Below, piece by piece: positions 16,083 through 26,557 of a DNA stretch of 60,616 nucleotides. The stretch spans positions 1-60,616 of the IMG/VR virus record IMGVR_UViG_3300017751_000016, one strand, 5' to 3'. Position 1 is the first letter of the stretch. Each line of letters opens with the position of its first letter. Below the pieces are notes generated by a model, which did no database searches, had not been told where the DNA came from, and saw only the letters and a program-made list of their open reading frames with translations. Source of the DNA: a virus. Lineage: Duplodnaviria > Caudoviricetes. The position numbers were made by a program, and so were the translations under genes.

Positions 16083-17453
16083 ATGGAAGATGAAGTTCTC
16101 ATACATGCTGGTGATTATAAGATAGAAAAGCTTATTATTACCAGTCTCAGTACAGAAAGTAGTGCTGATATTACAGAATTTATGATAGAGATAAATCTGT
16201 ATGAAGACTTGTTTTCGCCTTGCATGACTGGAAACTTGATTCTTGCCGATGCTGCAAACTTGATATCAAATTTACCTATTCTTGGTAACGAATATATCAC
16301 AATGAAGATACGGACTGTTAGCTTGGAAGATACGCCAGACAATGTAATTGAAAAAACATTTCAAGTGTATGCAATATACGATAGAATTCTGAATGATGAT
16401 CGTTCGCAGTTTTACAATATTTCTTTTATGTCTATCGAAGGATATGAACAACAAACAGCCACGATAACAAAATCTTATAATGATACTACTGATAATATAG
16501 TTTCAAGTATATACGAAGAATACATGAAATATGATAGACAGCTGGTTATAATGGATACTCCACATACAAGAAAAGTAAAATACACATCGAATTATTGGTC
16601 ACCAGTAAAAAATATAAATTATGTATCAAAGAAAGTAAAAGGTAATTCTTTATTAGGTTCTGATTACCTCTTCTTTGAATCAAATAAAGCGTTTTATTTT
16701 GCAAGTGTCGAAAGTTTAATATACTCACAAAGAACCGGCGGCGTGTTTGACGAATATGTTCTAGAAAGAAACGGCGCAGAGATGCCAAGAAGAATAACTG
16801 ACTTAGACTTTGTTGGAAATAGAATGCCAGATTCTATGACTAAAATTGAAAACTTGAAAATGTTGACTACAGTAGATGTGATCGATGGAAATAATAAAGG
16901 AGCATTTGCTTCTAGTGTGGACGGTTACGATTTATATACTAAAAAAATAATTCAACAAAATTTTGACTTTGTGAAAGATATGGGGAAATTTACAAAGACT
17001 GGTCCCACTAACATTTTACCACAAAACATAAAGCGCAATCCAGCAACAAAGAAAGATTTTTATTCTTTCAATTCTGGATTGTACAACGATTATGGACTGT
17101 CTGATGAAGAAGATTTGCCAGATGGTTCAACCGCAAGCTATGTCGCTGATAGAATTCTTTTCAGACAAAACTATTTGAATTCGTTTGACAATTATAAATT
17201 TGAAATGACAATACCAGGAAGAACTGACATACAAGTAGGGCATGTAATAAGTCTATTACATCCTTCAGCAGAGCCACCATCTGATGATTTGACTACTGTA
17301 TTGGATCCTTTATTATCTGGACTATATATTATTTCAGCAATACATCATAAAATTAATGCAGATAGACATGTTATGCAAACAGAACTAATTAAAAATGGTC
17401 TTTCTTCTTCGCCCGAAAACGTAGAGTCAAACGGAGAAGAAGATGTATCCTAA
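16083..17453 (+). CDS. Baseplate hub protein (gp27-like)
   Basis: INLYEDLFSPCMTG, N.PI.GNE, YLFFE, IPGRTD..VG..I, SGLY.I.AIHH; located between gp53 and gp5. Confidence 0.7.
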   Translation: MEDEVLIHAGDYKIEKLIITSLSTESSADITEFMIEINLYEDLFSPCMTGNLILADAANLISNLPILGNEYITMKIRTVSLEDTPDNVIEKTFQVYAIYDRILNDDRSQFYNISFMSIEGYEQQTATITKSYNDTTDNIVSSIYEEYMKYDRQLVIMDTPHTRKVKYTSNYWSPVKNINYVSKKVKGNSLLGSDYLFFESNKAFYFASVESLIYSQRTGGVFDEYVLERNGAEMPRRITDLDFVGNRMPDSMTKIENLKMLTTVDVIDGNNKGAFASSVDGYDLYTKKIIQQNFDFVKDMGKFTKTGPTNILPQNIKRNPATKKDFYSFNSGLYNDYGLSDEEDLPDGSTASYVADRILFRQNYLNSFDNYKFEMTIPGRTDIQVGHVISLLHPSAEPPSDDLTTVLDPLLSGLYIISAIHHKINADRHVMQTELIKNGLSSSPENVESNGEEDVS

Positions 17454-18930
17454 TTTTAAGTGGTGGATAGGTGTAGTCGAAGATAGAGTCGACCCTGCTC
17501 AATTAGGAAGATGTAGAGTACGCATCATTGGATATCATACTGAAAACTTAGCTGATTTGCCCACTACAGATTTGCCGTGGGCAGTTCCTATTATGCCTAT
17601 GACTTCGGCTAGTATTTCTGGTGTAGGTGAAACACCTTCGTTTGTAGAGGGTAGCACTGTAGTTGGTTTTTTCAGCGATGGAGAAGATGAACAAGTTCCT
17701 GTAATATTTGGCACGTTGCCAGGTAAACCAAGAAATAAAAGAAGTAGCGATAAAGGATTTGCTGACCCTAATGAAGTTTATCCGAGAGAAGGCGAAAGTG
17801 GCCTCAACGGACTACAAGAGCCCGATCTATCAAGACTTGCAAGAAATGCTGTGGCAGAAGGACACTTAACTCTTACAAACAAAAGAGCAACAAGACAAGA
17901 GGCAATTCCTAGAGCATCAGCTCCTCATATTGATTCTATTCAATCAGACAAAGCGGGTGCGGTGTACGACAGAGAGATTTGGGAAGAACCGCATGCTAGA
18001 TTTGGCGAAGACGGTTGGATGTATAATGCAGCAAATCAAGAACCAAATTATGACAACAAAACATCTGCGTATCCATATAACAAAGTAACTGAAACTGAAA
18101 CTGGTCATGTGTTTGAAGTAGACGATACGCCAAACAATGGCAGAATACACGAGTATCATAATGCGGGCACTTTCTATGAAATCCAAGCAGATGGCTCAAA
18201 GATAACAAAGGTTGTTGGTGACGAATACGAAATCACCCTGAAAGATAAAAAAGTATACATCAAAGGATCGTGTGATGTTACCATAGGAGGCGATGCGAAA
18301 TTGCTCGTCACGGGTGACATGTATCAAGAGATCGGTGGAAATCTTTTCACTTCTGTGGGTGGTGATAGGATAACAAAGGTTGTCGGTAATGATATGACAG
18401 AAGTGCTGTCTGGTCAAAGCACAAATGTCTCTCGTAGTAGCTCGTTTAGAACTGGCGGTAATCATACAGATACTATTATTGGAGATAGAACTGAAACTGT
18501 TGCTGGTAATAAATTTGGTACAGTTGGGGGAAATCTTTCATCTATAACTGTTGGGTCTGCAAATCACACTTCTATATTGGGCTGCAAGATAATGAGTGCG
18601 ACAGGAAATTTAAAACTACTAGCACCAATCGGCACTTTCAAAGCTGCTAGTTTAAATATGTCGCTCAAGGCTACGTTAAATCAAACTATGACTGGTTCTG
18701 TACAATTAGTAGAAGCAAAATCTTTGCAGACTTTTTCATCGTTAGGAGCGCAAGTATTGCTATCAACAGCACAGCAGACTATCGCACCTGCTAGAAGTAT
18801 TATTGGTAATACTACACACACAGGCAACTATACAGTGATTGGTGTTGCAAGCGGAACAATCGTGAGACAAGGCGCAATTGTATTAGGAACCCATAAACAT
18901 CCGGCTAATATGACACCGCCGGTACCTTAG
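17443..18930 (+). CDS. gp5: Baseplate central spike gp5 (OB fold plus beta-helix, no lysozyme domain)
   Basis: WWIGVVEDR.DP..LGR.RVR, LPWA, YPYN.V.ETE.GH..E.DDTP, VxGx beta-helix repeats, C-terminal HKH. Confidence 0.9.
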   Translation: MYPNFKWWIGVVEDRVDPAQLGRCRVRIIGYHTENLADLPTTDLPWAVPIMPMTSASISGVGETPSFVEGSTVVGFFSDGEDEQVPVIFGTLPGKPRNKRSSDKGFADPNEVYPREGESGLNGLQEPDLSRLARNAVAEGHLTLTNKRATRQEAIPRASAPHIDSIQSDKAGAVYDREIWEEPHARFGEDGWMYNAANQEPNYDNKTSAYPYNKVTETETGHVFEVDDTPNNGRIHEYHNAGTFYEIQADGSKITKVVGDEYEITLKDKKVYIKGSCDVTIGGDAKLLVTGDMYQEIGGNLFTSVGGDRITKVVGNDMTEVLSGQSTNVSRSSSFRTGGNHTDTIIGDRTETVAGNKFGTVGGNLSSITVGSANHTSILGCKIMSATGNLKLLAPIGTFKAASLNMSLKATLNQTMTGSVQLVEAKSLQTFSSLGAQVLLSTAQQTIAPARSIIGNTTHTGNYTVIGVASGTIVRQGAIVLGTHKHPANMTPPVP

Positions 18931-18939
18931 GAGTAATAT

Positions 18940-19569
18940 ATGAGTTTATGTGGAGCTACTGAAAAACTAGTAGAGCTTACTGACAGTATTTTAACAAAAG
19001 ATGAGTTGATAGACAAAGCTATCGATAAGCTACCTATAACTCCAGCTCAAGGCCAGTCTATTCAAGACGCAATTGAAATTGCTCTTATTGCAACAGACGC
19101 TGCTGCTTTGCAGTCTATAGTTATTTCTAAGCTAAAAGAATATGTACCTGAGATTGAATTACCAGAAGAAATAAAAGGATTGCAAGCTGATATAGAATCT
19201 TTTGCGTCCGACATCTTAACAGCAAAACTGGCGGCAGATGACTTAAAAAATGAAGTGTCAAATCTAAAAACAAAATACAGCGGGTTAGATTTGGGCGATG
19301 TGGCAATCGATGATATTCCAAATTTGTTAAAGACTGGTGCATTAGACTTAAACAATCTGTGCCAGAAGATACCAAATTTTGAAGAAGACGGCGCCGGATT
19401 CATTTTAAAAGGTACTCCAATCACTACTCCAAAAAAGAGTGCTATTGCTGATTTATTAGGCATACAGATACCAGAAGTAAAAGATTTTGTATATAGAATT
19501 GATGCAGTCAAACAAGCAAAGGGCAAATCTTTTATTAATGTTAATATACCAGATTCTATAGGGTTATAA
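18940..19569 (+). CDS. Hypothetical protein (baseplate region)
   Basis: 209-aa ORF with GGAG RBS, helical character. Confidence 0.6.
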   Translation: MSLCGATEKLVELTDSILTKDELIDKAIDKLPITPAQGQSIQDAIEIALIATDAAALQSIVISKLKEYVPEIELPEEIKGLQADIESFASDILTAKLAADDLKNEVSNLKTKYSGLDLGDVAIDDIPNLLKTGALDLNNLCQKIPNFEEDGAGFILKGTPITTPKKSAIADLLGIQIPEVKDFVYRIDAVKQAKGKSFINVNIPDSIGL

Positions 19570-19578
19570 CAAAACTGT

Positions 19579-19586
19579 TATAAATA
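19579..19586 (+). promoter_or_regulatory. T4-type late promoter for gp25-gp6
   Basis: TATAAATA. Confidence 0.8.
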
Positions 19587-19591
19587 CGATT

Positions 19592-19996
19592 ATGGCAAAC
19601 GAATCATTAAAAAAATCAAGACTCTATAAAGACTTGGATTTAAGCTTTACTGCTAATCCTGCTACGGGCGATGTCGCAAAAAAAATAGATGTGAATGCGG
19701 TAAAGCAATCTTTAAGAATATTAATGCTTACTAACTTCTACGAGAGGCCGTTTGATCCTAAAAAAGGAGCAAATTTGAGAGGGCTTTTGTTCGAACCCAT
19801 GAGCAAACTGTCTGCAAATCTTATTTCGAAAACTTTGCAGAATTTAATACAGAGCTATGAGCCAAGAGTTAGAATAGAAACTATGACAGTTTTTCCTAGT
19901 GTGGATGAAAATTCATATATGGTTAACCTCACATTTTTTGTTGTGGGTATTGCTCGCCCTCAAACACTTACAGCAAATTTAAAAAGATTAAGGTAA
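19592..19996 (+). CDS. gp25: Baseplate wedge subunit gp25
   Basis: YKDLDLSF..NP.TGD, AVKQS...L..TN.YERPF.P..G, YEPRV, L.RLR. Confidence 0.95.
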   Translation: MANESLKKSRLYKDLDLSFTANPATGDVAKKIDVNAVKQSLRILMLTNFYERPFDPKKGANLRGLLFEPMSKLSANLISKTLQNLIQSYEPRVRIETMTVFPSVDENSYMVNLTFFVVGIARPQTLTANLKRLR

Positions 19997-20000
19997 AAAA

Positions 20001-21914
20001 ATGGCACAACTTAATGTATCAGAATTAGACTTCGATAATATCAAGCAGTCGTTAAAATCGTTTTTGATAGAATCAGGCGAGTTTAGTGACTACGATTTTG
20101 AAGGTTCTGCCCTTTCTGTATTGTTAGATACCCTATCATATAATACTCACTACAATGCAGTTCTTGCTCATATGTTGGCAAATGAATCCTTTTTAGATTC
20201 AGCAATTAAGCGAAGTTCTGTTGTGTCTATAGCAAAAAGTTTGGGCTACACTCCAAGATCGAGAAGATCGGCCACTGCATATGTTGATCTGTCTATTACT
20301 CCATCGGCATCAAATACTGCTATAAACTTTACCCTGTTAAGAAATATTCCATTTACTTCTACTCTCGACGGGACTAGTTTTACTTTTTATCCAAGTACCG
20401 ATACTTCTACTACTCTACAAACTGTAGATGGAGTAGATAAGTTTGTTTTCAATGATCTAGCCATTAAAGAAGGCACTCGTGTTACAAATCGATTTATCAT
20501 CGACACAAATAATCTTTCTGGTCCATTGACAATTCCAAATATGAATGTAGACACCACTACATTGCGGGTTCGTGTTCAAAAATCTGGTACTGATGCGACT
20601 ATTGAATCTTATAAATTAAGCACTGGCGTATTGGATTTGAAGAGTACTACTGCTGCATACTTTATAGAGGAAGGTGTTGATGGTAAATATGTTATTCGAT
20701 TTGGAGATGACGTATTTGGTAAAAAATTAAGCACTGACAACATTGTATTAATTGATTATCTCGTTACATCTGGATCGGCTGCAAATAAAGCAAAAACATT
20801 TACAATAGCTGCCACATTGACGGGTGGAGTTGATGAGATAAAATCTTTTGATAGTGCAAATACCATTATCGCTTCTGGTGGCGCTGAAAAGGAAAGCATA
20901 GACAGTATCAGAAAAACAGCACCAATATTCAACCAAACAAGAGAAAGGGCAGTATCTGCTACAGACTATCGCAGTCTCATATTGGCATCAAATCCTAACA
21001 TACAATCTTGTTCAGTATGGGGAGGAGAAAACAATGATCCACCTATTTATGGTAAAGTGTTTATTTCTCTGGATCCGGTTGAAGGCCAAATCATAACTGA
21101 TGACATTAAAAATACAATTGAAACTAGTATAATTCAGCCCAGAGCCCCTGTTGCAGTTTTACCAGAATTTGTTGATCCTGAGTACACCTATATAGGACTA
21201 AAAGTTGGCATAGCATATGATCCATCTACTACGAGCTTATCTTCAGGTGAACTGACAGCAGCAGCCAACTCAGCTATCATAAATTATTTTTCTACTGACT
21301 TGAATCAGTTAAATAAGAATTTTTACTATTCTCGTATACATAATGCAGTTAAAGCAGTGTCTCCTTCTATATTGTCGGTGAATGTAGTTCCAAGTTTACA
21401 GAAAAGACTTCTTACTGAGCTAGGAATATTTGCAAACTATAGTTTTACTTTTAATAGTAAGATTCAGCCAAGAGAACTTCACAGTACATGGTTTACATTA
21501 GACGTAGCCGGCAGCAATTATCAAGTTAAACTGCAGGATTTTCCTAACGCTGGCGTAGTATCTCCCGCTTACAGTGGACTTGGAATTGTGAATGCGGTAG
21601 ATGCGAATAGCAAAAAAATACAGAGTGTAGGAACAATAGACTACGATACTGGAAAACTTACGTTAAATGCAATGAAAATTGTTTCATTGTTTGGCACTGA
21701 TACTACGCTTAAAATTAAAACTAGTCCACATGCTGATGTTAAAGATATTTCTACTAGTACTTTAACTAGACAGTCTGATGTTTCTACTGGAGCAGTTGTT
21801 GCAAAACCAGCAAAAAATACTATACTAACTTTGAATCGAAGTTCTCTTAATAGTATTACAGGTGAAAGAAAAGGAATTGAAATAATAGCAACAACCGAAG
21901 TCGCAGGTTATTAA
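20001..21914 (+). CDS. gp6: Baseplate wedge subunit gp6
   Basis: ELDFD.IK.SL, F.DYDFEGS.LS.LLD.L.YNTHYN, NE.FLDSA..RSSVVS.AK.LGYTP.S, WGGE.N.PP.YGKV. Confidence 0.95.
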   Translation: MAQLNVSELDFDNIKQSLKSFLIESGEFSDYDFEGSALSVLLDTLSYNTHYNAVLAHMLANESFLDSAIKRSSVVSIAKSLGYTPRSRRSATAYVDLSITPSASNTAINFTLLRNIPFTSTLDGTSFTFYPSTDTSTTLQTVDGVDKFVFNDLAIKEGTRVTNRFIIDTNNLSGPLTIPNMNVDTTTLRVRVQKSGTDATIESYKLSTGVLDLKSTTAAYFIEEGVDGKYVIRFGDDVFGKKLSTDNIVLIDYLVTSGSAANKAKTFTIAATLTGGVDEIKSFDSANTIIASGGAEKESIDSIRKTAPIFNQTRERAVSATDYRSLILASNPNIQSCSVWGGENNDPPIYGKVFISLDPVEGQIITDDIKNTIETSIIQPRAPVAVLPEFVDPEYTYIGLKVGIAYDPSTTSLSSGELTAAANSAIINYFSTDLNQLNKNFYYSRIHNAVKAVSPSILSVNVVPSLQKRLLTELGIFANYSFTFNSKIQPRELHSTWFTLDVAGSNYQVKLQDFPNAGVVSPAYSGLGIVNAVDANSKKIQSVGTIDYDTGKLTLNAMKIVSLFGTDTTLKIKTSPHADVKDISTSTLTRQSDVSTGAVVAKPAKNTILTLNRSSLNSITGERKGIEIIATTEVAGY

Positions 21915-24358
21915 TGTCTAATCAAATTCCAGATTTTCTCAAGTATGTAGCAAGCATAAAAATTATTAATGGCGGCTCTGGTTTCTCAACCCCGGTCACT
22001 ATAACTATTTCAGGTGGCGGTGGAACTGGTGCAACTGCTACTGCTGATGTATTAGATGGAGTAATCCATGCAATACACTTAACACACATAGGTGAGAATT
22101 ATACTTCTGCGCCTACAGTAACAGCTACTGACGGAATTGGATCTGGTGCTGTATTTGAAGCAACTCTGGGTTTCGCAACTGGAAATCCTACTATATATGA
22201 TGAGAAAACTTCCTCTAGTATTAAGTACACGTTACCAGAATTTATCAGAGATGACTATCCAAAATTTATACAATTCATTGAAAAATATTATGAATACATG
22301 GATTCTGCTGGCAACCCTATAAATTTACTGCTCAATAAAAAATATTCAGATATTGATGATTTAGAAACCGCAGAACTCAATAAAAGATTTCTTGAACTTG
22401 CCAGTGACTATCCTCAACTTCTTCAGGCAGATAGAAAAACTGTATTAAAAAACATAAAGAACATATACGAGTCAAAAGGATCGGAACGGTCCATTAAGGC
22501 CTACTTCAAGCTACTATACAACGAAGAAGTTGACGTATATTATCCTAGTAGAGATATACTCAGAGCATCTGATGGAGTTTGGACAGAAGAAACTTCTGTC
22601 AGGGCATCTGCGGGATATGATAACTATGAGGTGTCAAACTTAAACGGCACCTTAGCTGATATAATATATTATGAGACTATTGGATCTGTAACTTTTCCAA
22701 GAACTATTCCAATAACAATACCCAGAGTGTCAAAAATAGCTCATACTTCACCTCAAGTTTATGAAGTAGCTATAAAATTACCAGAGAGTATAACAGAAAT
22801 TCCAGGTCCAGGAGCAGATGCTACTGCTGAAGTTGTAGTTAGTGCTGGTGTAATTACATCGATAACTGTTACTAACGGAGGGTTGGGGTATATTGCAGCT
22901 CCCGTTATTGAAATTTCTGGCGGCACAGGCGCTGAATGTAGAGCGGTTGTCACTAATGGAGTAATAACTTCGATAGTTGTTAATAACGGAGGTACTGGGT
23001 ATACTGGAAGTTCTGTTGTTACATTCAATACCGATTCTGTTAGAACATTTATTGTAGAACGTGGTGGATCTTCCGCAGAGTCAAATGTAAAAGCATATAT
23101 TGACAGAGTAGTTGTGTCCGTGACTACTGGAACTTATTCAGGATCAAATGCTGGTTTTATTGCTGGCCAAATTTATGCAAATTTGAATGAAAGTGGACAA
23201 ACTTCACAAAATGCAATAATAAGAATTGAAGCGTTGGACGCAAAAAATTCTCCTTCTGCTTGGGCTATAATTAATCCAGGTAAACGATACACCAAATCTC
23301 GATTTAACATAACTATAGGATCTAGAATAAGAGAGACTGTAGTAATAACTTTAAATACAGGTTATCTATTTAGAGAACAAGGAAAATTTAAAGACGATAG
23401 AGGTAAGTTGTCTAATGTTAATAGAATACAAGATAACTACAGATATCAAAGTTATTCTTATATAATAAAAACAGGTTTAGCTGAAACTGAATGGAAAAAA
23501 AGATATAAAGATTTGATGCATCCTGCGGGCCTAGAAGTTTTTGGTGATTTAATTATCTCCAACAATATAGCACTGGGTGGATTCTTTGACATATTATCAG
23601 AAGGTCTTCATATTCATGCTTTCGAGTTGCAAGATTATGTAACTGGAACAGAAGTATTCACACGAGTAGTTCAATGGTACAGAGATTTTAATGATGTTAC
23701 CACTCACAGTGACAGCGAATTCTTTACCATAGGTAAAAATATTGTAGACGTTTCTGTTATAAGTGACGATTACATACAAGATTATGTATTAGAGAGTGAC
23801 TACTTACCATTAAACTATACCGGCTCAGGTATAAGTAAGTTTGTAGAAAAAGTTTTAATTGACACTGCTACGCCAATAGATACTTTCGCTCCTGTATTGG
23901 AATACAACAGATCGCATGCAGACACGACACTTGCAAGTGAAATTTTCTCTGCAGGAATTTCTAGATTAGAATCAGACGCTGTGTCAACTATAGATGTATT
24001 GACGTACCTGATGGACTTGGGCTTACCTATATCTGATACAGTTTCAATTTCTGATGATTATGATCAAGAGTATGTAGAAGCTGGATACGTACCATTATAC
24101 TATATTGGTTCTGGTATGAGCAAAGTAGTAGGAAAGTCAATTGATGAATCAATAAGTACTACAGAAGTGTTTGAACGTGTTATAAATACATCTACAGATA
24201 TACTAGAAACCCTTGTGGTAAGTCAACAAGTTGTAAAAACTTTATCACTAACTAAAACTGAGTCTGTTAGCGCATCAGCTTCTGGTGTACTATCAATATC
24301 AGACTATGCTCCTACGTACTTCGGCGAAGACTACGTTGGTGAGCATCGCAATCTTTAA
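21914..24358 (+). CDS. Baseplate wedge initiator gp7-like with GGxGY beta repeats
   Basis: [38 protein letters not shown] motifs; position between gp6 and gp8. Confidence 0.75.
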   Translation: MSNQIPDFLKYVASIKIINGGSGFSTPVTITISGGGGTGATATADVLDGVIHAIHLTHIGENYTSAPTVTATDGIGSGAVFEATLGFATGNPTIYDEKTSSSIKYTLPEFIRDDYPKFIQFIEKYYEYMDSAGNPINLLLNKKYSDIDDLETAELNKRFLELASDYPQLLQADRKTVLKNIKNIYESKGSERSIKAYFKLLYNEEVDVYYPSRDILRASDGVWTEETSVRASAGYDNYEVSNLNGTLADIIYYETIGSVTFPRTIPITIPRVSKIAHTSPQVYEVAIKLPESITEIPGPGADATAEVVVSAGVITSITVTNGGLGYIAAPVIEISGGTGAECRAVVTNGVITSIVVNNGGTGYTGSSVVTFNTDSVRTFIVERGGSSAESNVKAYIDRVVVSVTTGTYSGSNAGFIAGQIYANLNESGQTSQNAIIRIEALDAKNSPSAWAIINPGKRYTKSRFNITIGSRIRETVVITLNTGYLFREQGKFKDDRGKLSNVNRIQDNYRYQSYSYIIKTGLAETEWKKRYKDLMHPAGLEVFGDLIISNNIALGGFFDILSEGLHIHAFELQDYVTGTEVFTRVVQWYRDFNDVTTHSDSEFFTIGKNIVDVSVISDDYIQDYVLESDYLPLNYTGSGISKFVEKVLIDTATPIDTFAPVLEYNRSHADTTLASEIFSAGISRLESDAVSTIDVLTYLMDLGLPISDTVSISDDYDQEYVEAGYVPLYYIGSGMSKVVGKSIDESISTTEVFERVINTSTDILETLVVSQQVVKTLSLTKTESVSASASGVLSISDYAPTYFGEDYVGEHRNL
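24181..24188 (+). promoter_or_regulatory. Possible internal late promoter for 24377 and gp8
   Basis: TATAAATA about 190 bp upstream of ATG 24377. Confidence 0.45.
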
Positions 24359-24376
24359 AAAATACGGAGAAATAAA

Positions 24377-24829
24377 ATGATCAAGAAAGACAGCACAAAA
24401 GCGACTGGTAAAGTCAATGTTGTAGTAAGCGATGCAAATGGAAAAGTCAAACAAGACTTTACTGTTTCTAATTTAGTTGTCGATGCTGGCTTAGCTCACA
24501 TTGCCAAAGCTCTAGAAGCAAATCCAGCACCCACTGCTATGTCACACATGGCAGTAGGAACAGGTACTACCGCAGCCGCAGCCGCAGATACTACGCTAGA
24601 AACAGAAGCGGCAGGTGGTCGTGTTGCTTTAACTTCAACTACTGCTACTGATAACAGTGTTGCTTATGTTGCATCTTACGCTGCAGGCGTTGCAGCAACA
24701 GCTCTAACAGAGGCTGCTATTTTTAATGCTTCATCAGCTGGTACTATGTTATGCCGTACAGTGTTTCCCGTGATCAATAAGGGTCTAGCAGATACTATGA
24801 CAGTTACGTGGACCGTTACAATCTCTTAA
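24377..24829 (+). CDS. Virion structural protein (baseplate/fibre-associated)
   Basis: NLVV..G, MSHMAVGTG.TAA...DT.L..E, TEAAIFNASSAGTMLCRTVF.VINK...D.MTVTWT.T. Confidence 0.7.
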   Translation: MIKKDSTKATGKVNVVVSDANGKVKQDFTVSNLVVDAGLAHIAKALEANPAPTAMSHMAVGTGTTAAAAADTTLETEAAGGRVALTSTTATDNSVAYVASYAAGVAATALTEAAIFNASSAGTMLCRTVFPVINKGLADTMTVTWTVTIS

Positions 24830-24841
24830 TAGGTAAAACTA

Positions 24842-26548
24842 GTGGCAACAATATTACTTTCTAAGCTGGCTAGGGTCGAATTAGCAAGATCCTTTCTCAG
24901 AGAAATAAAAAATGTAGTAGACGATGACAATAATAAGTTATTCGACTACTACCATTTTGCCTTTGGCAGGACAACTGCATGGGCAGATGAAGAGACTCCA
25001 GAAGATCCATATGACTCTGAAAAATATCTGAAACAATTTAGAAATAATATATTATTTACTCAACCAATCACAGTTGCGGATTCTTGTAATTTGATACCAA
25101 GGAGAGATTGGGATAGTACAGGAGAAACAGTATACGATTCGTATGATGATGATTATTCTCCAACGAATCTTGCTGCATCTGGCGCTACTACATTAGCAGA
25201 CGCTAAATTTTATGTAATGACAGATGATTTTAGAGTGTACAAATGCATAGACAATAATGGCGGTGTTTTCAGTACTGATAAACCTATTCACACCACGACT
25301 GACATATATGAAAGTTCTATTGACGGATACAAATGGAAATTTATGTTTCAAGTGTCTTCTTCTGACCAGAACAAATTTTTAGATGCTTCGTATATTCCTG
25401 TCAGAAAAATAACTATAGACAATCCATATTATGGTGACATAAACGGAGAAGTAGATTCCATTAATATTACCGACGGCGGCACTGGATATTCATCTACTCC
25501 CACTGTGGTAATACAGGGAGATGGAGTCGGAGCAGAAGGAACTGCTGTAATGTCAGGCGATGGGCTATCGGTTGCAAGCGTGACTCTTACTAGTGCAGGT
25601 TCTGGATATTCTTATGCATTTGTTGAGTTTATTGCTGCTGGACATCCAGATGCAGATAGAGCTGAAGGCACTGTTTCTCTTGGAGACACAGACAACGAAA
25701 TTGTCTTACAGGCGACAATAGAAGATGCTGCAATTGAAGGAACGATTGAAAGAATAGTCATTGCTTCTGCTGGAAGAGATTATGTAGTTGGAGATACCTT
25801 CGTAAGTGTAGTTGGTGATGGCCAGATAGAAGCAACAGCAACAGCGACTGTAGCTGCTGGTACTGGATTAATTACAGCAATCACCATGTCTAATGTTGGG
25901 TCTGGTTACACTTTTGCAGATGTTAAATTTGTAAACTCAGCTGGCGTAGAATATTTTACTGAAGAGGAAGATTCTGCCAACAAAGCATCTGCTAGAGCTA
26001 TAATATCGCCACTAAAAGGTCATGGAAACAATCCTGTTAAAGAATTTTTTAGTACGACAATAGCTGTAGTTGTATCTCTTTCTGACAACGATAATCGTGA
26101 TCTTATATTAGACAATGACTTTAGACAAATAGGGCTAGTAAAAAATATATATAATTACGAAGAGACTGCGATATACAGAACATCTGATGGCCCAGTAACA
26201 GGTACTGCCTCTTTCATAGTGAATGTTGATGATTCTTCAGATTATAATTTAGATGATATTATCACTACTGATGGTGGTGGTGAATTTAGAGTAATACAAA
26301 AAGTAACTACAACAGATTCGCCAGCAACATATAACATATATTTGCAACCTATAATTCACACAATAACTGCTTCTAGTACATTATATAATAAAACAGTAGC
26401 GGCAGCCGATGCTTTGCCTGCTATAAATAGTGTTACTGATCCAGAAATAAGTACTGCATTTGGCGAAGTAATTTACATAGAAAATAGAACTAGTATCGCT
26501 AGATCAGAAGATCAAGTCGAAACAATAAAAGCATTGATAAATTTTTAG
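24842..26548 (+). CDS. gp8: Baseplate wedge subunit gp8
   Basis: IPRRDW, FYVMTDDFRVYKCIDNN, DGYKWKFM, DFRQIGLVKN, GEVIYIENR..I.RS.DQ.E.IK..I.F; GTG start. Confidence 0.88.
   Translation: MATILLSKLARVELARSFLREIKNVVDDDNNKLFDYYHFAFGRTTAWADEETPEDPYDSEKYLKQFRNNILFTQPITVADSCNLIPRRDWDSTGETVYDSYDDDYSPTNLAASGATTLADAKFYVMTDDFRVYKCIDNNGGVFSTDKPIHTTTDIYESSIDGYKWKFMFQVSSSDQNKFLDASYIPVRKITIDNPYYGDINGEVDSINITDGGTGYSSTPTVVIQGDGVGAEGTAVMSGDGLSVASVTLTSAGSGYSYAFVEFIAAGHPDADRAEGTVSLGDTDNEIVLQATIEDAAIEGTIERIVIASAGRDYVVGDTFVSVVGDGQIEATATATVAAGTGLITAITMSNVGSGYTFADVKFVNSAGVEYFTEEEDSANKASARAIISPLKGHGNNPVKEFFSTTIAVVVSLSDNDNRDLILDNDFRQIGLVKNIYNYEETAIYRTSDGPVTGTASFIVNVDDSSDYNLDDIITTDGGGEFRVIQKVTTTDSPATYNIYLQPIIHTITASSTLYNKTVAAADALPAINSVTDPEISTAFGEVIYIENRTSIARSEDQVETIKALINF
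26422..26429 (+). promoter_or_regulatory. Possible internal late promoter for the 2401-aa gene
   Basis: TATAAATA about 130 bp upstream of ATG 26558. Confidence 0.5.
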
Positions 26549-26557
26549 GAAAAAGTA

